Part shown: positions 22,155 through 31,234 of the stretch, piece after piece
How the letters are laid out: every line of letters starts with the position of its first letter
How positions within the stretch are numbered: position 1 is the stretch's first letter
Assembly: GCA_016699205.1 (NCBI GenBank)
Contig: CP064964.1
Span: forward strand, 180,001 to 212,000
Direction of reading: 5' to 3'
DNA from: Candidatus Saccharimonadota bacterium
GTDB taxonomy: Bacteria; Patescibacteriota; Patescibacteriia; 2-12-FULL-60-25
Length of the DNA stretch: 32,000 nucleotides
Program-made: the position numbers and the translations under genes
The notes under the pieces: model-generated
The model's input: the letters and a program-made list of their open reading frames with translations, nothing else
What the model was told of the DNA's origin: nothing
Databases searched by the model: none

Positions 22155-22619
22155 ATGTCCATGTCCATTGATGTCAATAGCTCCTATGTTGCAGCTGTGC
22201 ACGATAGCGTCGGCAGCAAGATGTTCCGGCACTTGTATGCCGTTGACGAGCATGGTAGCCGGACGGATATCCTGCAAAATGGCCGATTATCCTGCGCGTA
22301 TTTTGTTGCGTTTATTTTGTATCATTTCCAACTCATCAAAACTCCACATGCAACAGTTTCATCGACCGTAAAAGACCTGGAAGAGCATCACTGGACGGTT
22401 GTTGATTCGCCAGAAGTCGGCGATGTGTTGGTTTGGGAACCGTCGACCGCGCATGTGGAAGATTCACTGCATGAACATATCGGTTTTTACATGGGCGATG
22501 AGCGCGCGATCAGCAATAGCTCAGCAACCGGAGAGATTGTCGAGCATGATTGGACTTTTGGTGCTGATAACGAAGGCAATCCGAACCGGAAGATTATAAA
22601 GATTTTGCGGAGACCGTAG
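22155..22619 (+). CDS. putative papain-fold (NlpC/P60- or CHAP-like) hydrolase
   Basis: 154 aa. A candidate nucleophile sits in GRLSCAYFVAFIL, followed by GDVLVWE....HEHIGFYMGDERAISNSS, which is the Cys...His spacing typical of that fold. The assignment is by eye only. Confidence 0.4.
   Translation: MSMSIDVNSSYVAAVHDSVGSKMFRHLYAVDEHGSRTDILQNGRLSCAYFVAFILYHFQLIKTPHATVSSTVKDLEEHHWTVVDSPEVGDVLVWEPSTAHVEDSLHEHIGFYMGDERAISNSSATGEIVEHDWTFGADNEGNPNRKIIKILRRP
22598..22616. repeat. left copy of the 19-bp direct repeat flanking the GIY-YIG cassette
   Basis: aaagattttgcggagaccg is identical to 23013..23031. The similarity extends 4 more nt to the left with two mismatches (ttat vs ctac). Confidence 0.8.
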
Positions 22620-22630
22620 CCCTGTTTTTT

Positions 22631-22999
22631 TGTCATTGCGAGGAGTCCGACGACGAAGCAATCTTGAGCGCATGAATTGCTACTTTGTTTACATCATGAC
22701 GAATTCAGGGCATACGACGCTGTATGTCGGCGTTACAAATAACTTGGAAAGAAGGGTGTCCGAGCATCGGGAAGGAAAAGCAGGCTCATTTACTACTAAG
22801 TACAAAATTTCCAAATTAGTCTGGTATATAGAAACGAGCGACGTGACCTCCGCAATACAAGAAGAAAAACGTATTAAGGGCGGCTCACGACAAAAGAAAA
22901 TTCAACTCATAGAATCGCTTAATCCTAAATGGGAGGAGCTGCTTCCGACCTAGGCGCGGGATCAGGATTGCTTCGTCGCCTCTGCTCCTCGCAATGACA
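22631..22999 (+). mobile_element. minimal GIY-YIG cassette bounded by imperfect terminal inverted repeats
   Basis: Left end tgtcattgcgaggag (22631-22645) plus cgacgaagcaatc (22651-22663). Right end gattgcttcgtcg (22966-22978) plus ctcctcgcaatgaca (22985-22999). These are perfect reverse complements of each other. The only ORF inside is the GIY-YIG protein. Confidence 0.55.
22672..22953 (+). CDS. GIY-YIG nuclease superfamily protein (small UPF0213-type)
   Basis: ORF 22630..22953 trimmed to the ATG at 22672. The sequence reads MNCYFVYIMTNSGHTTLYVGVTNNLERRVSEHREGKAGSFTTKYKISKLVWYIETSDVTSAIQEEKRIKGGSRQKKIQLIE and carries the canonical GIY...YVG...R...H...E...K motifs. Confidence 0.85.
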   Translation: MNCYFVYIMTNSGHTTLYVGVTNNLERRVSEHREGKAGSFTTKYKISKLVWYIETSDVTSAIQEEKRIKGGSRQKKIQLIESLNPKWEELLPT

Positions 23000-23008
23000 G
23001 TATGCGGG

Positions 23009-23524
23009 CTACAAAGATTTTGCGGAGACCGATTGTTTAAGCTCCTTCCATAGAGCTGTTTCTCCCATTTGTTGCCAGGAAAGGCGGAGTAGGAATGGTG
23101 CTTTTGCTTGCCGCATCAATAGACGACGATCCTCGGCCAAGGTATCCGAGGATTTTACGTTATCCGTAAGATCAGCAATTTTGATTGCCCAAGCATCTTT
23201 ATCGTCCGCATCGATCAGGCCTGCCATCATCTTGATCCAGCGTCTGTCCCCTCCCTCGATCATGTCATCATGCGTGCAAAGCCGGACGAGCTCGATGATG
23301 CGTTCAGAAAAACCAAACCCACGCAGGTCGTCGAGCGACGTCGCTCCATCCTCGACAATGTCATGCAACATTCCAGCGATGACGACTTCTTCTGAAAATC
23401 CAAACCGCGCGAGCGCATCGCTCACGCGGGTGGAATGGATATAGGCGGGCTCATCGGAACCTTTGCGGGTTCCGGGGATTCGTTCCGCGACCAGAAGTCT
23501 GGCTTGTTCAAGCGTACCGGGCAT
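23009..23524 (-). CDS. HD-domain hydrolase of the RelA/SpoT-hydrolase type (possible small alarmone hydrolase)
   Basis: 171 aa. YIHSTRVSDALARFGFSEEVVIAGMLHDIVEDGATSLDDL matches the H...HD..ED signature of (p)ppGpp-hydrolase HD domains. Confidence 0.7.
   Translation of the reverse strand: MPGTLEQARLLVAERIPGTRKGSDEPAYIHSTRVSDALARFGFSEEVVIAGMLHDIVEDGATSLDDLRGFGFSERIIELVRLCTHDDMIEGGDRRWIKMMAGLIDADDKDAWAIKIADLTDNVKSSDTLAEDRRLLMRQAKAPFLLRLSWQQMGETALWKELKQSVSAKSL
23013..23031. repeat. right copy of the 19-bp direct repeat flanking the GIY-YIG cassette
   Basis: aaagattttgcggagaccg is identical to 22598..22616. On the minus strand it encodes the last residues (SVSAKSL) of the HD-domain protein. Confidence 0.8.
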
Positions 23525-24874
23525 TTACTGTTTTGGAGCAACTTCCGTGGCTGCTGGGTCGGCGACGCCTCTCATGTACATGATCGGCGTGTTGTTGGTC
23601 TGGAAAGCGGCGTCGGCGACAAGCGGGACAACCGTGTAGTACTTCTCTGGCTCGGTTTGATTTGGCGTACCGCGATCGATCGTGCCTTCTGCGAGCAAAG
23701 CTGGCAAGAAGTAGGTCTTCATCGTGTTGTTTTCCCAAGAGTCGTGGCGCATCCAACCGAGTTTTACCGCGGAGATAGTGGCGCGCACTTCTTTCACGCC
23801 GCTGCCGTCGTACCAGCCATAAATTGGATTGTTACCGCCAGCCATCAAGCGCTTCATCGCTTCTTCCGAGGAAATGAGCGGATAAGCCGAGGAGTCTTCA
23901 TTGGACGGAAGCATAACGTTGCCGCCGACAATGCTGTTATTGGAAATATCGATCTGAATGCTGGCTTTGCGCGAGGCCCAACCGCCGGCATCAACTGTGC
24001 TCATATTGTCGCGGACGTCCGGATAGTAGACGGTGACTTGGATCGGGTAACCGCAAGGGCTCGGCCAAATCATCATTTTGGAATCGACGATTTTGTCGGC
24101 TTCCGGAGCGACCGGGTTCGCTGCTGCCTCGCGAGCTTCGGCCATCAACGGACATGGAGCTGACTCGCCGCGCAACAACGGCATGATCATGGGTGTTTCT
24201 TCAATAATTCCTTTGCCGACGAGATCGCTAAAGCCGTGGTCGCGCAAAAAATTATCGGCGGCGGTTTTTACGGCAGCCGCATCGAGCTTAGGATTGTTGT
24301 TTGCTTCTGGCTGGGTCTTGGAGTAGTCGACGTTCTTCCACCAGTTCAAGTTGCGGCCTGGCAAATCGACATTCCAGATGAAGCCGGCAGCATCACGCCA
24401 AGAGACGTTTGCACCCTGAATTTCCGTTGCGCCTCCGGAGACCTGTGACGGAACACCGGCGGCATCGGAGATTGAACGGGCAACCGATGTGCTCACAGCC
24501 GGCTGACGAACGCGATAGACCGTGCCATCGGCGCTCCAAGTTGGAAGTTCACCCTTGATGTCGTAAACGACTTTTGCTTCTTCAGGGAGCGTTGGTGCGC
24601 GGACAGCTACGGCTGGCTCGCTCATCGCAACACCGGCCATCATTGGAACAGGTGCGATGCTTGAGAGCGCGGCGTCAGCTGGTCTGAAGCTACGGGCTGC
24701 TTCTGTACCGAGGCTGCCGTAGCCCAGAACCGGAGGGAGCATTCCAAAGCCCTGGACGGCGGCTGGGCGGTCGGAAGACGTGTCAGATGGGGTTGGGGCT
24801 GGCGTCTGATTACAACCGGCACCTAAAAGAACTGAGGCGAGTAATATCGCCGAGAGTGGCATGCGTTTATTCAT
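23525..24874 (-). CDS. hypothetical lipoprotein
   Basis: 449 aa. It has a signal peptide with a lipobox (MNKRMPLSAILLASVLLGAGC). I recognise no family. Confidence 0.6.
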   Translation of the reverse strand: MNKRMPLSAILLASVLLGAGCNQTPAPTPSDTSSDRPAAVQGFGMLPPVLGYGSLGTEAARSFRPADAALSSIAPVPMMAGVAMSEPAVAVRAPTLPEEAKVVYDIKGELPTWSADGTVYRVRQPAVSTSVARSISDAAGVPSQVSGGATEIQGANVSWRDAAGFIWNVDLPGRNLNWWKNVDYSKTQPEANNNPKLDAAAVKTAADNFLRDHGFSDLVGKGIIEETPMIMPLLRGESAPCPLMAEAREAAANPVAPEADKIVDSKMMIWPSPCGYPIQVTVYYPDVRDNMSTVDAGGWASRKASIQIDISNNSIVGGNVMLPSNEDSSAYPLISSEEAMKRLMAGGNNPIYGWYDGSGVKEVRATISAVKLGWMRHDSWENNTMKTYFLPALLAEGTIDRGTPNQTEPEKYYTVVPLVADAAFQTNNTPIMYMRGVADPAATEVAPKQ

Positions 24875-24896
24875 AGTATTTGTGATAACGCGACGT

Positions 24897-26219
24897 TTAC
24901 GGAGTTATGACAGGCGCGGTCGACATGCGGACAAGGCGATCCTGGCGAAGGACCGGCAGAGCATTGCGAAGCTTCTTTACATAATCGATCGTTTCCGGCT
25001 GCAAGCGGGCACGTCGAAGAATTTCATGCGGCTTCAATACGCCATTGATTTGGTCTTCCCAAATCTGGATCGCTCTTCTGACGCGGCCATATCCGCCATT
25101 GTAGCCAGCGGCAATATATTCAAATGTTTTGAAATTCGTGTTCGCGGCACGTACATCCGCGGGAAATTGCGAGAGAATAATATCCATGTAGATTGCGGCG
25201 GCTTTCATGGCGTTCTCGTGATCACGCATCCCATCTTCAAAATTTTGTTTGAGGCCGTACCCTTGTTTGGCGAGCGAGTTGTACGTGGAAGGGATGAACT
25301 GAAACAAACCGAGCGCACCCGCAGATGAACGGGAATAGTTGTATGCAACGCCCGGATTCAAGCCGATGGTTGCATAAACACGCTCGACGGCCGCTGCTGG
25401 ATCACGGCGCAAAGCAGAAGAGTCGGTATGCTCAATGACGGCGATCGAAGTTAATAGCTCCGTATCGATCACATCGGCAACCAGCTTATCTGGCTGGGCA
25501 CGCGACTTAATGCCTCGCGTACGCAAATCGGTGAGTGCGTTGGCAATCAAATCGTCTACAACTTTCTTTCCGCGTGCGATAATCTCCGGCTGATGCAGCG
25601 TCGTTGAGTAGGGCGTGTAAACGACTTGCTCGGTTTCATACGCAATCACTTTTTTTCCTTCTTTGATCTCGTAGTGGATCGGATAACGGACCGCAACAAC
25701 GAGATGCGTCGGATCCTCGCTCTGATAATCGGAATTGATCCAATTGGACCGCTTTATTGAGATATTGGAAGGGCTTGGGGAAGTAAGTACCAGCTCTTTC
25801 CCTTTTTTCACTCCCCGAACGAGATCGGTGTTGCCCGTTTCCTTGTCCCAAACGGCAAGCGTCACTTCACGCGGAGCATCTTGTCCGATGACTGGCCCGC
25901 GAATACGCCCTTGCAGACCTTGCGCAGCAATTTCATCGCGAAGCATGGCTTGGCCCTTATCAATAGCTGCGATGAGCGGCGGGAGCACCGGTTCTGGAGC
26001 TATGACAATCGGATCCGGAGTTACGAGCGTCGACGAAACAGAAGAAGCGCCCAGCATTTGAAGCAAAGCTTCTCGTGTAGGCGCTGCTTTTCCGCTCGTA
26101 GGGTTGTAAAAAGAACCGTCTTTCATTTGCAGAATTAGGACGTCTTGAGCAGAAGCTACGGACGCCAATCCGGCAAAAACGGAGACGCTGATAAACAGCA
26201 AGGATATCCAAGGTCGCAT
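24897..26219 (-). CDS. secreted protein with a C-terminal lytic transglycosylase (SLT-like) domain
   Basis: 440 aa with an N-terminal signal sequence (MRPWISLLFISVSVFAGLASVASA). YSRSSAGALGLFQFIPSTYNSL and YIAAGYNGG resemble SLT motifs. Confidence 0.65.
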   Translation of the reverse strand: MRPWISLLFISVSVFAGLASVASAQDVLILQMKDGSFYNPTSGKAAPTREALLQMLGASSVSSTLVTPDPIVIAPEPVLPPLIAAIDKGQAMLRDEIAAQGLQGRIRGPVIGQDAPREVTLAVWDKETGNTDLVRGVKKGKELVLTSPSPSNISIKRSNWINSDYQSEDPTHLVVAVRYPIHYEIKEGKKVIAYETEQVVYTPYSTTLHQPEIIARGKKVVDDLIANALTDLRTRGIKSRAQPDKLVADVIDTELLTSIAVIEHTDSSALRRDPAAAVERVYATIGLNPGVAYNYSRSSAGALGLFQFIPSTYNSLAKQGYGLKQNFEDGMRDHENAMKAAAIYMDIILSQFPADVRAANTNFKTFEYIAAGYNGGYGRVRRAIQIWEDQINGVLKPHEILRRARLQPETIDYVKKLRNALPVLRQDRLVRMSTAPVITP

Positions 26220-26250
26220 GAGGAACAGGATAGCATGCGAGCATCAAATG

Positions 26251-26341
26251 TGTCATTCCTGCGGGGGCAGGAATCCAGCACCAACTAATCCGAACTTTTG
26301 TCGATTTACTCAGCTGGATCCCCGTCTTCACGGGGATGACA
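26251..26341. repeat. REP/MITE-like pair of inverted hairpins
   Basis: tgtcattcctgcgggggcaggaatcc (26251-26276) and ggatccccgtcttcacggggatgaca (26316-26341). Each is a GC-rich hairpin. The outer termini tgtcat/atgaca are inverted and match the termini of the GIY-YIG cassette. Confidence 0.5.
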
Positions 26342-26346
26342 GATAA

Positions 26347-26967
26347 CTACGTAATGATTCTCGGACGGCGGGATCGGAAGGGCTGTGGATTGTTTTGCGG
26401 AGGACGTTGCTGCGGGCGTGATTGGATCTGCGGAGTAGCGCCAAAACTGGATGGATTTTTCGCAGAAAATCCGCGCGTCTTGCGCTCTTCGTACGAGATG
26501 ATGCGCAGGGCTTTGGAAAGCAAGCGATCGAGGTTGCGATAGCCGTTGGCGTCGAAGACCTGATGCGCGCGCACCCACTTCCCTTCCCAGATACCGCCTT
26601 CACCCGTGAGTTTTTCTTTGGCCGTCAGCGGAGCTTCAAACAAGAAAAATAACACCGAGCGGTCGATGACGACGCCGTTGCGGCGGAAGCTGAATTTACT
26701 TTGACCTACTGGCGAGATGACGCGCAGGCCATCGAGACCGGTTTCTTCTTTTACTTCACGGATGGCGGTTTGGGTGAGATTTTCTCCGGCTTCGCGTCGA
26801 CCTTTGGGAAAGGTCCAGCGCTGATACGGATCTTTGATAAAGAAAATCTCCACGTGCCCAGCGCGTTTGCGATAGATAATGCCGCCAGCCGCGAGTGCGG
26901 CGTGGTAGTGGCGATTACCGCCCTGTTGACGTTGGGACCCCTGGCGCCGATCCGGTCGCGGACCCAT
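26347..26967 (-). CDS. NUDIX hydrolase with a basic, Pro/Gln-rich C-terminal tail
   Basis: ORF 26347..27054 trimmed to the ATG at 26967. The Nudix box is GRREAGENLTQTAIREVKEETGL. It still overlaps the upstream S41 peptidase gene by 53 nt. Confidence 0.75.
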   Translation of the reverse strand: MGPRPDRRQGSQRQQGGNRHYHAALAAGGIIYRKRAGHVEIFFIKDPYQRWTFPKGRREAGENLTQTAIREVKEETGLDGLRVISPVGQSKFSFRRNGVVIDRSVLFFLFEAPLTAKEKLTGEGGIWEGKWVRAHQVFDANGYRNLDRLLSKALRIISYEERKTRGFSAKNPSSFGATPQIQSRPQQRPPQNNPQPFRSRRPRIIT

Positions 26968-28255
26968 TGAGGATGCCGACGGCGCGGTCGAGTTGGGGGT
27001 CGAGGAGTTTTTCATAATCTTCGGGGGTGCGGTCGATGGAGATGTCCGGCTCAAGTCCTGTCTTGTTGATCGTGCGTTCTTGCGGGGTGAGCCACTCGGC
27101 GATGGTGATCTTGATGGCGGAACCGTCTTTCAAGTTGGTGTAGTCCTGTACCGAGCCTTTGCCGAAGGTTTTCTTGCCGACGATGGTTGCCGCTTTGTAG
27201 TCCTGCAATGCGCCGGACACGATTTCTGAGGCGGAAGCTGAACCCTCGTTCACGAGGACGACGGTCGGGATGCCGGCGAGACGGTTGCGGCCCGTGCCTG
27301 GCAATTGCTCGACGATTTGTCCTTGCCGACGTTCCTTTACGACGATCTGATTACCGACCCACTCGCCTGCCATGTAAGCCGCTGTGTCGAGGAAGCCGCC
27401 TGGGTTGTTGCGCAAGTCGAGGATGATGCCCTTCACGTCCTTGGCGAGCATGTCATCGATGGCTTTGTTCAGACCGTCGACGGTGTCGGTGTTGAAATTT
27501 GTGATTTCCAGATGCGCGATGCCCGGCTGACCCTCGACCCACTTGAGACGAACACTCTTCACTTGGATTTCATCGCGAGTGATCGTGAGATCAAATGGCT
27601 CGGTTTTGTTCTTGTCATTGGTGCGAACAATCGTGAGCACGACCTTGGTGCCTTTATCGCCACGGATTTTGCTGACGGCTTGCTCTACCGAGAAGCCGTT
27701 TGTTTCCGTACCATCGATTTTTGCGATGAAGTCTCCTGCCTTGATACCAGCGCGTTCTGCCGGCGTATCAGGCAATGGCGCGACGACCGTAATGATGCCC
27801 TCGCGCAAACCGATCTCGGCACCGATGCCGGAGAATTTTCCGGAAAGCGCTTGCTGGAATGCTTCTGCGCCCTTTGGTTCAAAAAAGGTTGTGTACGGAT
27901 CGCCGACGGAATCGGCCAAGCCTTTCATGGCACCGTAGAACATTTGTTTGTCCTGAACATCTGGCGATAAATAATACTTATCTTTCAACAATTGCCACGC
28001 TTCCCAAAACAAGCGGAACTCGACATCTTGAGCCTCGATATTTGGCGGCGGGTTTTGGCCCTGGCCAAGAACAAAGCCGCTCGTCGTGCTGGAGGAGCTT
28101 CCACTGACTTGCGAGCTCGGTGATTCTGCGCGCGTCCAGCCGCGGCCGACCAATATGCCGATTACGAGACCAACCATTAAAAAGACGAGAACGGCGCGCT
28201 GGCTTTTCTCGTTATTTTGCGGGCGATACACCGTTTCATTGTCCATATTATTCAT
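26915..28255 (-). CDS. S41 family carboxy-terminal processing peptidase with a PDZ domain
   Basis: 446 aa with an N-terminal anchor helix, a PDZ domain (AERAGIKAGDFIAKIDG), and the Ser/Lys dyad context VVLVNEGSASASEIVSGALQD and GKKTFGKGSVQ. Confidence 0.88.
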   Translation of the reverse strand: MNNMDNETVYRPQNNEKSQRAVLVFLMVGLVIGILVGRGWTRAESPSSQVSGSSSSTTSGFVLGQGQNPPPNIEAQDVEFRLFWEAWQLLKDKYYLSPDVQDKQMFYGAMKGLADSVGDPYTTFFEPKGAEAFQQALSGKFSGIGAEIGLREGIITVVAPLPDTPAERAGIKAGDFIAKIDGTETNGFSVEQAVSKIRGDKGTKVVLTIVRTNDKNKTEPFDLTITRDEIQVKSVRLKWVEGQPGIAHLEITNFNTDTVDGLNKAIDDMLAKDVKGIILDLRNNPGGFLDTAAYMAGEWVGNQIVVKERRQGQIVEQLPGTGRNRLAGIPTVVLVNEGSASASEIVSGALQDYKAATIVGKKTFGKGSVQDYTNLKDGSAIKITIAEWLTPQERTINKTGLEPDISIDRTPEDYEKLLDPQLDRAVGILNGSATGSAPGVPTSTGR

Positions 28256-29516
28256 TAATACGCGTAATATCGGCGCCTAATTCACGGAGACGTCCATCCA
28301 GATCCTCGTAGCCGCGATACACCATCTCGGCATCGTGGATGATGGTCTCGCCTTGTGCGGCAAGTCCGGCGAGCACCATGGTTGCTCCGGCGCGCAAATC
28401 GAGAGAACGAATTTCTGTTCCTCGGAGCGGTGTCGGACCGGTGACGATCGCGCGATGCGGATCGGCGATGATGGCGTTGGCACCCATCTTGGTCAGCTCA
28501 TTGATATAGCCCATGCGCGACTCAAACATCGGATCATGCAAAAGCGTTGTGCCGTGGCATTGCGTTGCAAGAAGACCAAAGATGGCTTGAAGATCTGTCG
28601 GGAAGCCGGGATAGATCATTGTTTGAAGTTTGAACGAGTCCATGCGGCCGATTCCTTGTACTCGGAACGTATCGCCGTCGATATCGTGACGGACGCCGAC
28701 GCGAGTGAGCGCGTTGCGGATGGCATCGAGGTGCTCAGGAACAACTGGCGACATTTCAATGTCGCCCTTGGTGAGAGCGGCAGCAACGGCAAAGGTTCCA
28801 ATCTCGAGCATGTCAGGAACGACGGGCCAGGCTGTTGTTGGTGCTTTCAGCGATTTTACACCGTCAATTTCAATGTCATGCGAACCGATGCCTTTGATTT
28901 TGGCGCCGCATTTTACGAGGAAACGGCAAAGATCCTGAACATGCGGCTCGGAAGCGGCGAGACGGATCGATGTGTGGCCCTCTGCCATGACCGCAGCCAT
29001 GATCAGGTTTTCCGTGGCTGTAACCGAGAATTCCGGAAGCGCGATGTACGCGCCGCGCAATTCCTTGGCCTGCATGTAGAGCATGCCGTCGGCGTCGTCT
29101 GTCTCGATCTTGGCTCCAAGCGATGAGAGCGCAAACAAGTGCGTGTCGATCGGGCGATTGCCGATGGAGCAGCCGCCTGGTTCATTGACGGTGATCTTCT
29201 TGAAACGCGCGAGCATCGGACCGAGCAAGAGAATCGAGAAGCGCATGCGCTTCATTTTTTTCTTGTCGAGCTTGGCGGGATCGATGTTGGTCGTGTCGAT
29301 CGTGAGCTCATGCTCCCCTGTCCAATCGACCTTAGCGCCCATGTCGCGGATGATTTCTAGCAATTGCAAAAGATCCGTGAGTTTTGGCACGTTCTTGAAT
29401 CGAACTTTTCCCTTGAGAAGCAAGGAAGCGGCGGCCAAAGGCCCGATGGCGTTTTTGGCGCCCAAGATATGGATACGGCCCGTCAAACGACGGCCGCCCT
29501 GGATGTGCATCTTCAT
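28248..29516 (-). CDS. murA: UDP-N-acetylglucosamine 1-carboxyvinyltransferase
   Basis: ORF 28248..29615 trimmed to MKMHIQGGRRLTGRIHILGAKNA (ATG at 29516), giving about 423 aa. The active-site region PGGCSIGNRPIDTH retains the Cys. Confidence 0.9.
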   Translation of the reverse strand: MKMHIQGGRRLTGRIHILGAKNAIGPLAAASLLLKGKVRFKNVPKLTDLLQLLEIIRDMGAKVDWTGEHELTIDTTNIDPAKLDKKKMKRMRFSILLLGPMLARFKKITVNEPGGCSIGNRPIDTHLFALSSLGAKIETDDADGMLYMQAKELRGAYIALPEFSVTATENLIMAAVMAEGHTSIRLAASEPHVQDLCRFLVKCGAKIKGIGSHDIEIDGVKSLKAPTTAWPVVPDMLEIGTFAVAAALTKGDIEMSPVVPEHLDAIRNALTRVGVRHDIDGDTFRVQGIGRMDSFKLQTMIYPGFPTDLQAIFGLLATQCHGTTLLHDPMFESRMGYINELTKMGANAIIADPHRAIVTGPTPLRGTEIRSLDLRAGATMVLAGLAAQGETIIHDAEMVYRGYEDLDGRLRELGADITRINE

Positions 29517-29582
29517 AGTGGCTGTGGAAGCCTGATGAGGCTGGCCTCCGAGTCCGAGCGAGTGTATCCTGTACGTTGATAC

Positions 29583-30893
29583 ATGCCAAGATCGGTATAT
29601 GAGCCTCCTTTCCACAGGCGTATTGCGCCCGTGATTTTTGCGTTGATTTTCCTGATCAGCGCGCCGATTTTGATTTTTTATACTTCCGGCTATCGATTTA
29701 ATCCAAACAAAGTCACTATCGAGAGAAATGGAACATTGATTGTAGACTCGGTGCCTCGGGGAGCAACGGTTTTTTTGAATGATCAGGATATTCGGGACGC
29801 GACGGCGGCAACGCTCCAGAACTTGGCGCCGGGGCCGTACAAAATCCGCGTGACGAGAAATGCGTATCTACCATGGGAGAAGACGCTTGATGTGCGTGCC
29901 GAACAAGTCACTTTTGCCAATAGCATCCATCTCTGGTTCTCGGCGCCAGCGACATTAATGCGCCAAGGCTTCTATAGCCGCATCACCGCTAGCGCTGATG
30001 GCGATACGATTGCCGCACTAGATGCGAGCTCGACCGAAATGCTCTTTCTTACAACAGACAATCGATTGATCTCGCGCGTACGTGCGCCTGAATCGGATTT
30101 GATTGCGCAAGCGCCGATTCGCTGGAGCTTGAATGGAACATCGCTTTTGATGGGTGGAACAAATGTAGGCGAGGAAGCTTGGTGGACAGCGCCGGATGCT
30201 CTTTCACGAGAAAGCGGCGTCCTGCCTCCAGGACAATTCTTCTGGAACGCCAATGAACTCACAGGCTATGACGGAGAACGACAATACACACTCAATCCCC
30301 GCTTGCGAACTCTCACGAGCGAACGCTTGCCCGCTTCACAGCTTGGCGCTTTGGATGGATTGACGCTGGAGGTGAATACATCGACCGGATTTTTGAATTT
30401 GCGCTCGCGATCGATCTTGCATCAATTATTCCAGCTTCCGCGCGGTGATTGGCAGTTTGCGGATCAACAAGGTGCGTATACGCTTTTGAAAGATGGGAAT
30501 CGCTGGTTGGCGGTGCGTATCCGTGTCGATGGAAATCGCGCAGAAGAAGTAACGGGCGATTGGCCGCGCTGGCTCCCCTCCTCGGAAATTCCGACGGCGC
30601 TGTTTTTGAATCAGAATGAGATTTGGACTTGGGAACTTGGGAGCGCGCCCGTGCTGATTGCGCGTCAAAGCGAACCGTTTGTACAGGTCGCTTGGCATCC
30701 GGATGGACAGACGATTTTTGTCGCAGGCAAGAATGAGTTGTATGCGCTTGAACTTGATGATCGCGGCGGACGACAAAAGACTTCACTTGCCAGCTTCGAC
30801 ATGATTTACGACATGACGTATGCGGATGGGTCGATCTTTCTCAATGCGGAGATGGGTGGCGTGAGAGGGATGTATCGCAGAATTGTTGATTAA
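29583..30893 (+). CDS. membrane-anchored PEGA-domain protein with a probable beta-propeller-like C-terminal region
   Basis: 436 aa with an N-terminal TM helix (IAPVIFALIFLISAPILIFY) and a PEGA domain (TLIVDSVPRGATVFLNDQDI...PGPYKIRVTRNAYLPWEKTLDV). Confidence 0.65.
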   Translation: MPRSVYEPPFHRRIAPVIFALIFLISAPILIFYTSGYRFNPNKVTIERNGTLIVDSVPRGATVFLNDQDIRDATAATLQNLAPGPYKIRVTRNAYLPWEKTLDVRAEQVTFANSIHLWFSAPATLMRQGFYSRITASADGDTIAALDASSTEMLFLTTDNRLISRVRAPESDLIAQAPIRWSLNGTSLLMGGTNVGEEAWWTAPDALSRESGVLPPGQFFWNANELTGYDGERQYTLNPRLRTLTSERLPASQLGALDGLTLEVNTSTGFLNLRSRSILHQLFQLPRGDWQFADQQGAYTLLKDGNRWLAVRIRVDGNRAEEVTGDWPRWLPSSEIPTALFLNQNEIWTWELGSAPVLIARQSEPFVQVAWHPDGQTIFVAGKNELYALELDDRGGRQKTSLASFDMIYDMTYADGSIFLNAEMGGVRGMYRRIVD

Positions 30894-30945
30894 CCACCTC
30901 ACCCTTCATCCCTCTCCTTCGTAAGGAGAGGGAGATATGGATTAG
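30891..30945. repeat. left copy of a ~52-bp direct repeat containing a REP-like hairpin
   Basis: taaccacctcacccttcatccctctccttcgtaaggagagggagatatggatt, with the hairpin tccctctcc-ttcgtaa-ggagaggga at 30909-30933. It is near-identical to 31235..31287. Confidence 0.7.
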
Positions 30946-31172
30946 ATTTTTGGAGGACGCGGCTTTGCGATGCGGGCGAGGAAACGATAAAACCCGTTGC
31001 TCGATTGTTTATCGTAGCGGGTCGCGCAGCCTTTGCAGGCTTGCATGATTTCCGGTTTACGAAACTTTTCGCAGCAAACGGGTTTTACGGTTTGGATTCT
31101 TAACAAGACAAGCAAGTTAAAGAACCAGCGATGCGGGCGATCTTTGAAATCGGTGGGGAGATCGTTGTACAT
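30942..31172 (-). CDS. hypothetical small Cys-rich protein
   Basis: ORF 30942..31217 trimmed to MYNDLPTDF..., because the first 15 codons are read out of the cacctcaccctc tandem repeat. It contains a CC..(15)..C..C arrangement. I recognise no family. Confidence 0.3.
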   Translation of the reverse strand: MYNDLPTDFKDRPHRWFFNLLVLLRIQTVKPVCCEKFRKPEIMQACKGCATRYDKQSSNGFYRFLARIAKPRPPKI

Positions 31173-31234
31173 CGCGATATGGTACCACCTCACCTCTCCC
31201 TCGGTCCTACGCTCCACCTCACCCTCGGTCCGGG

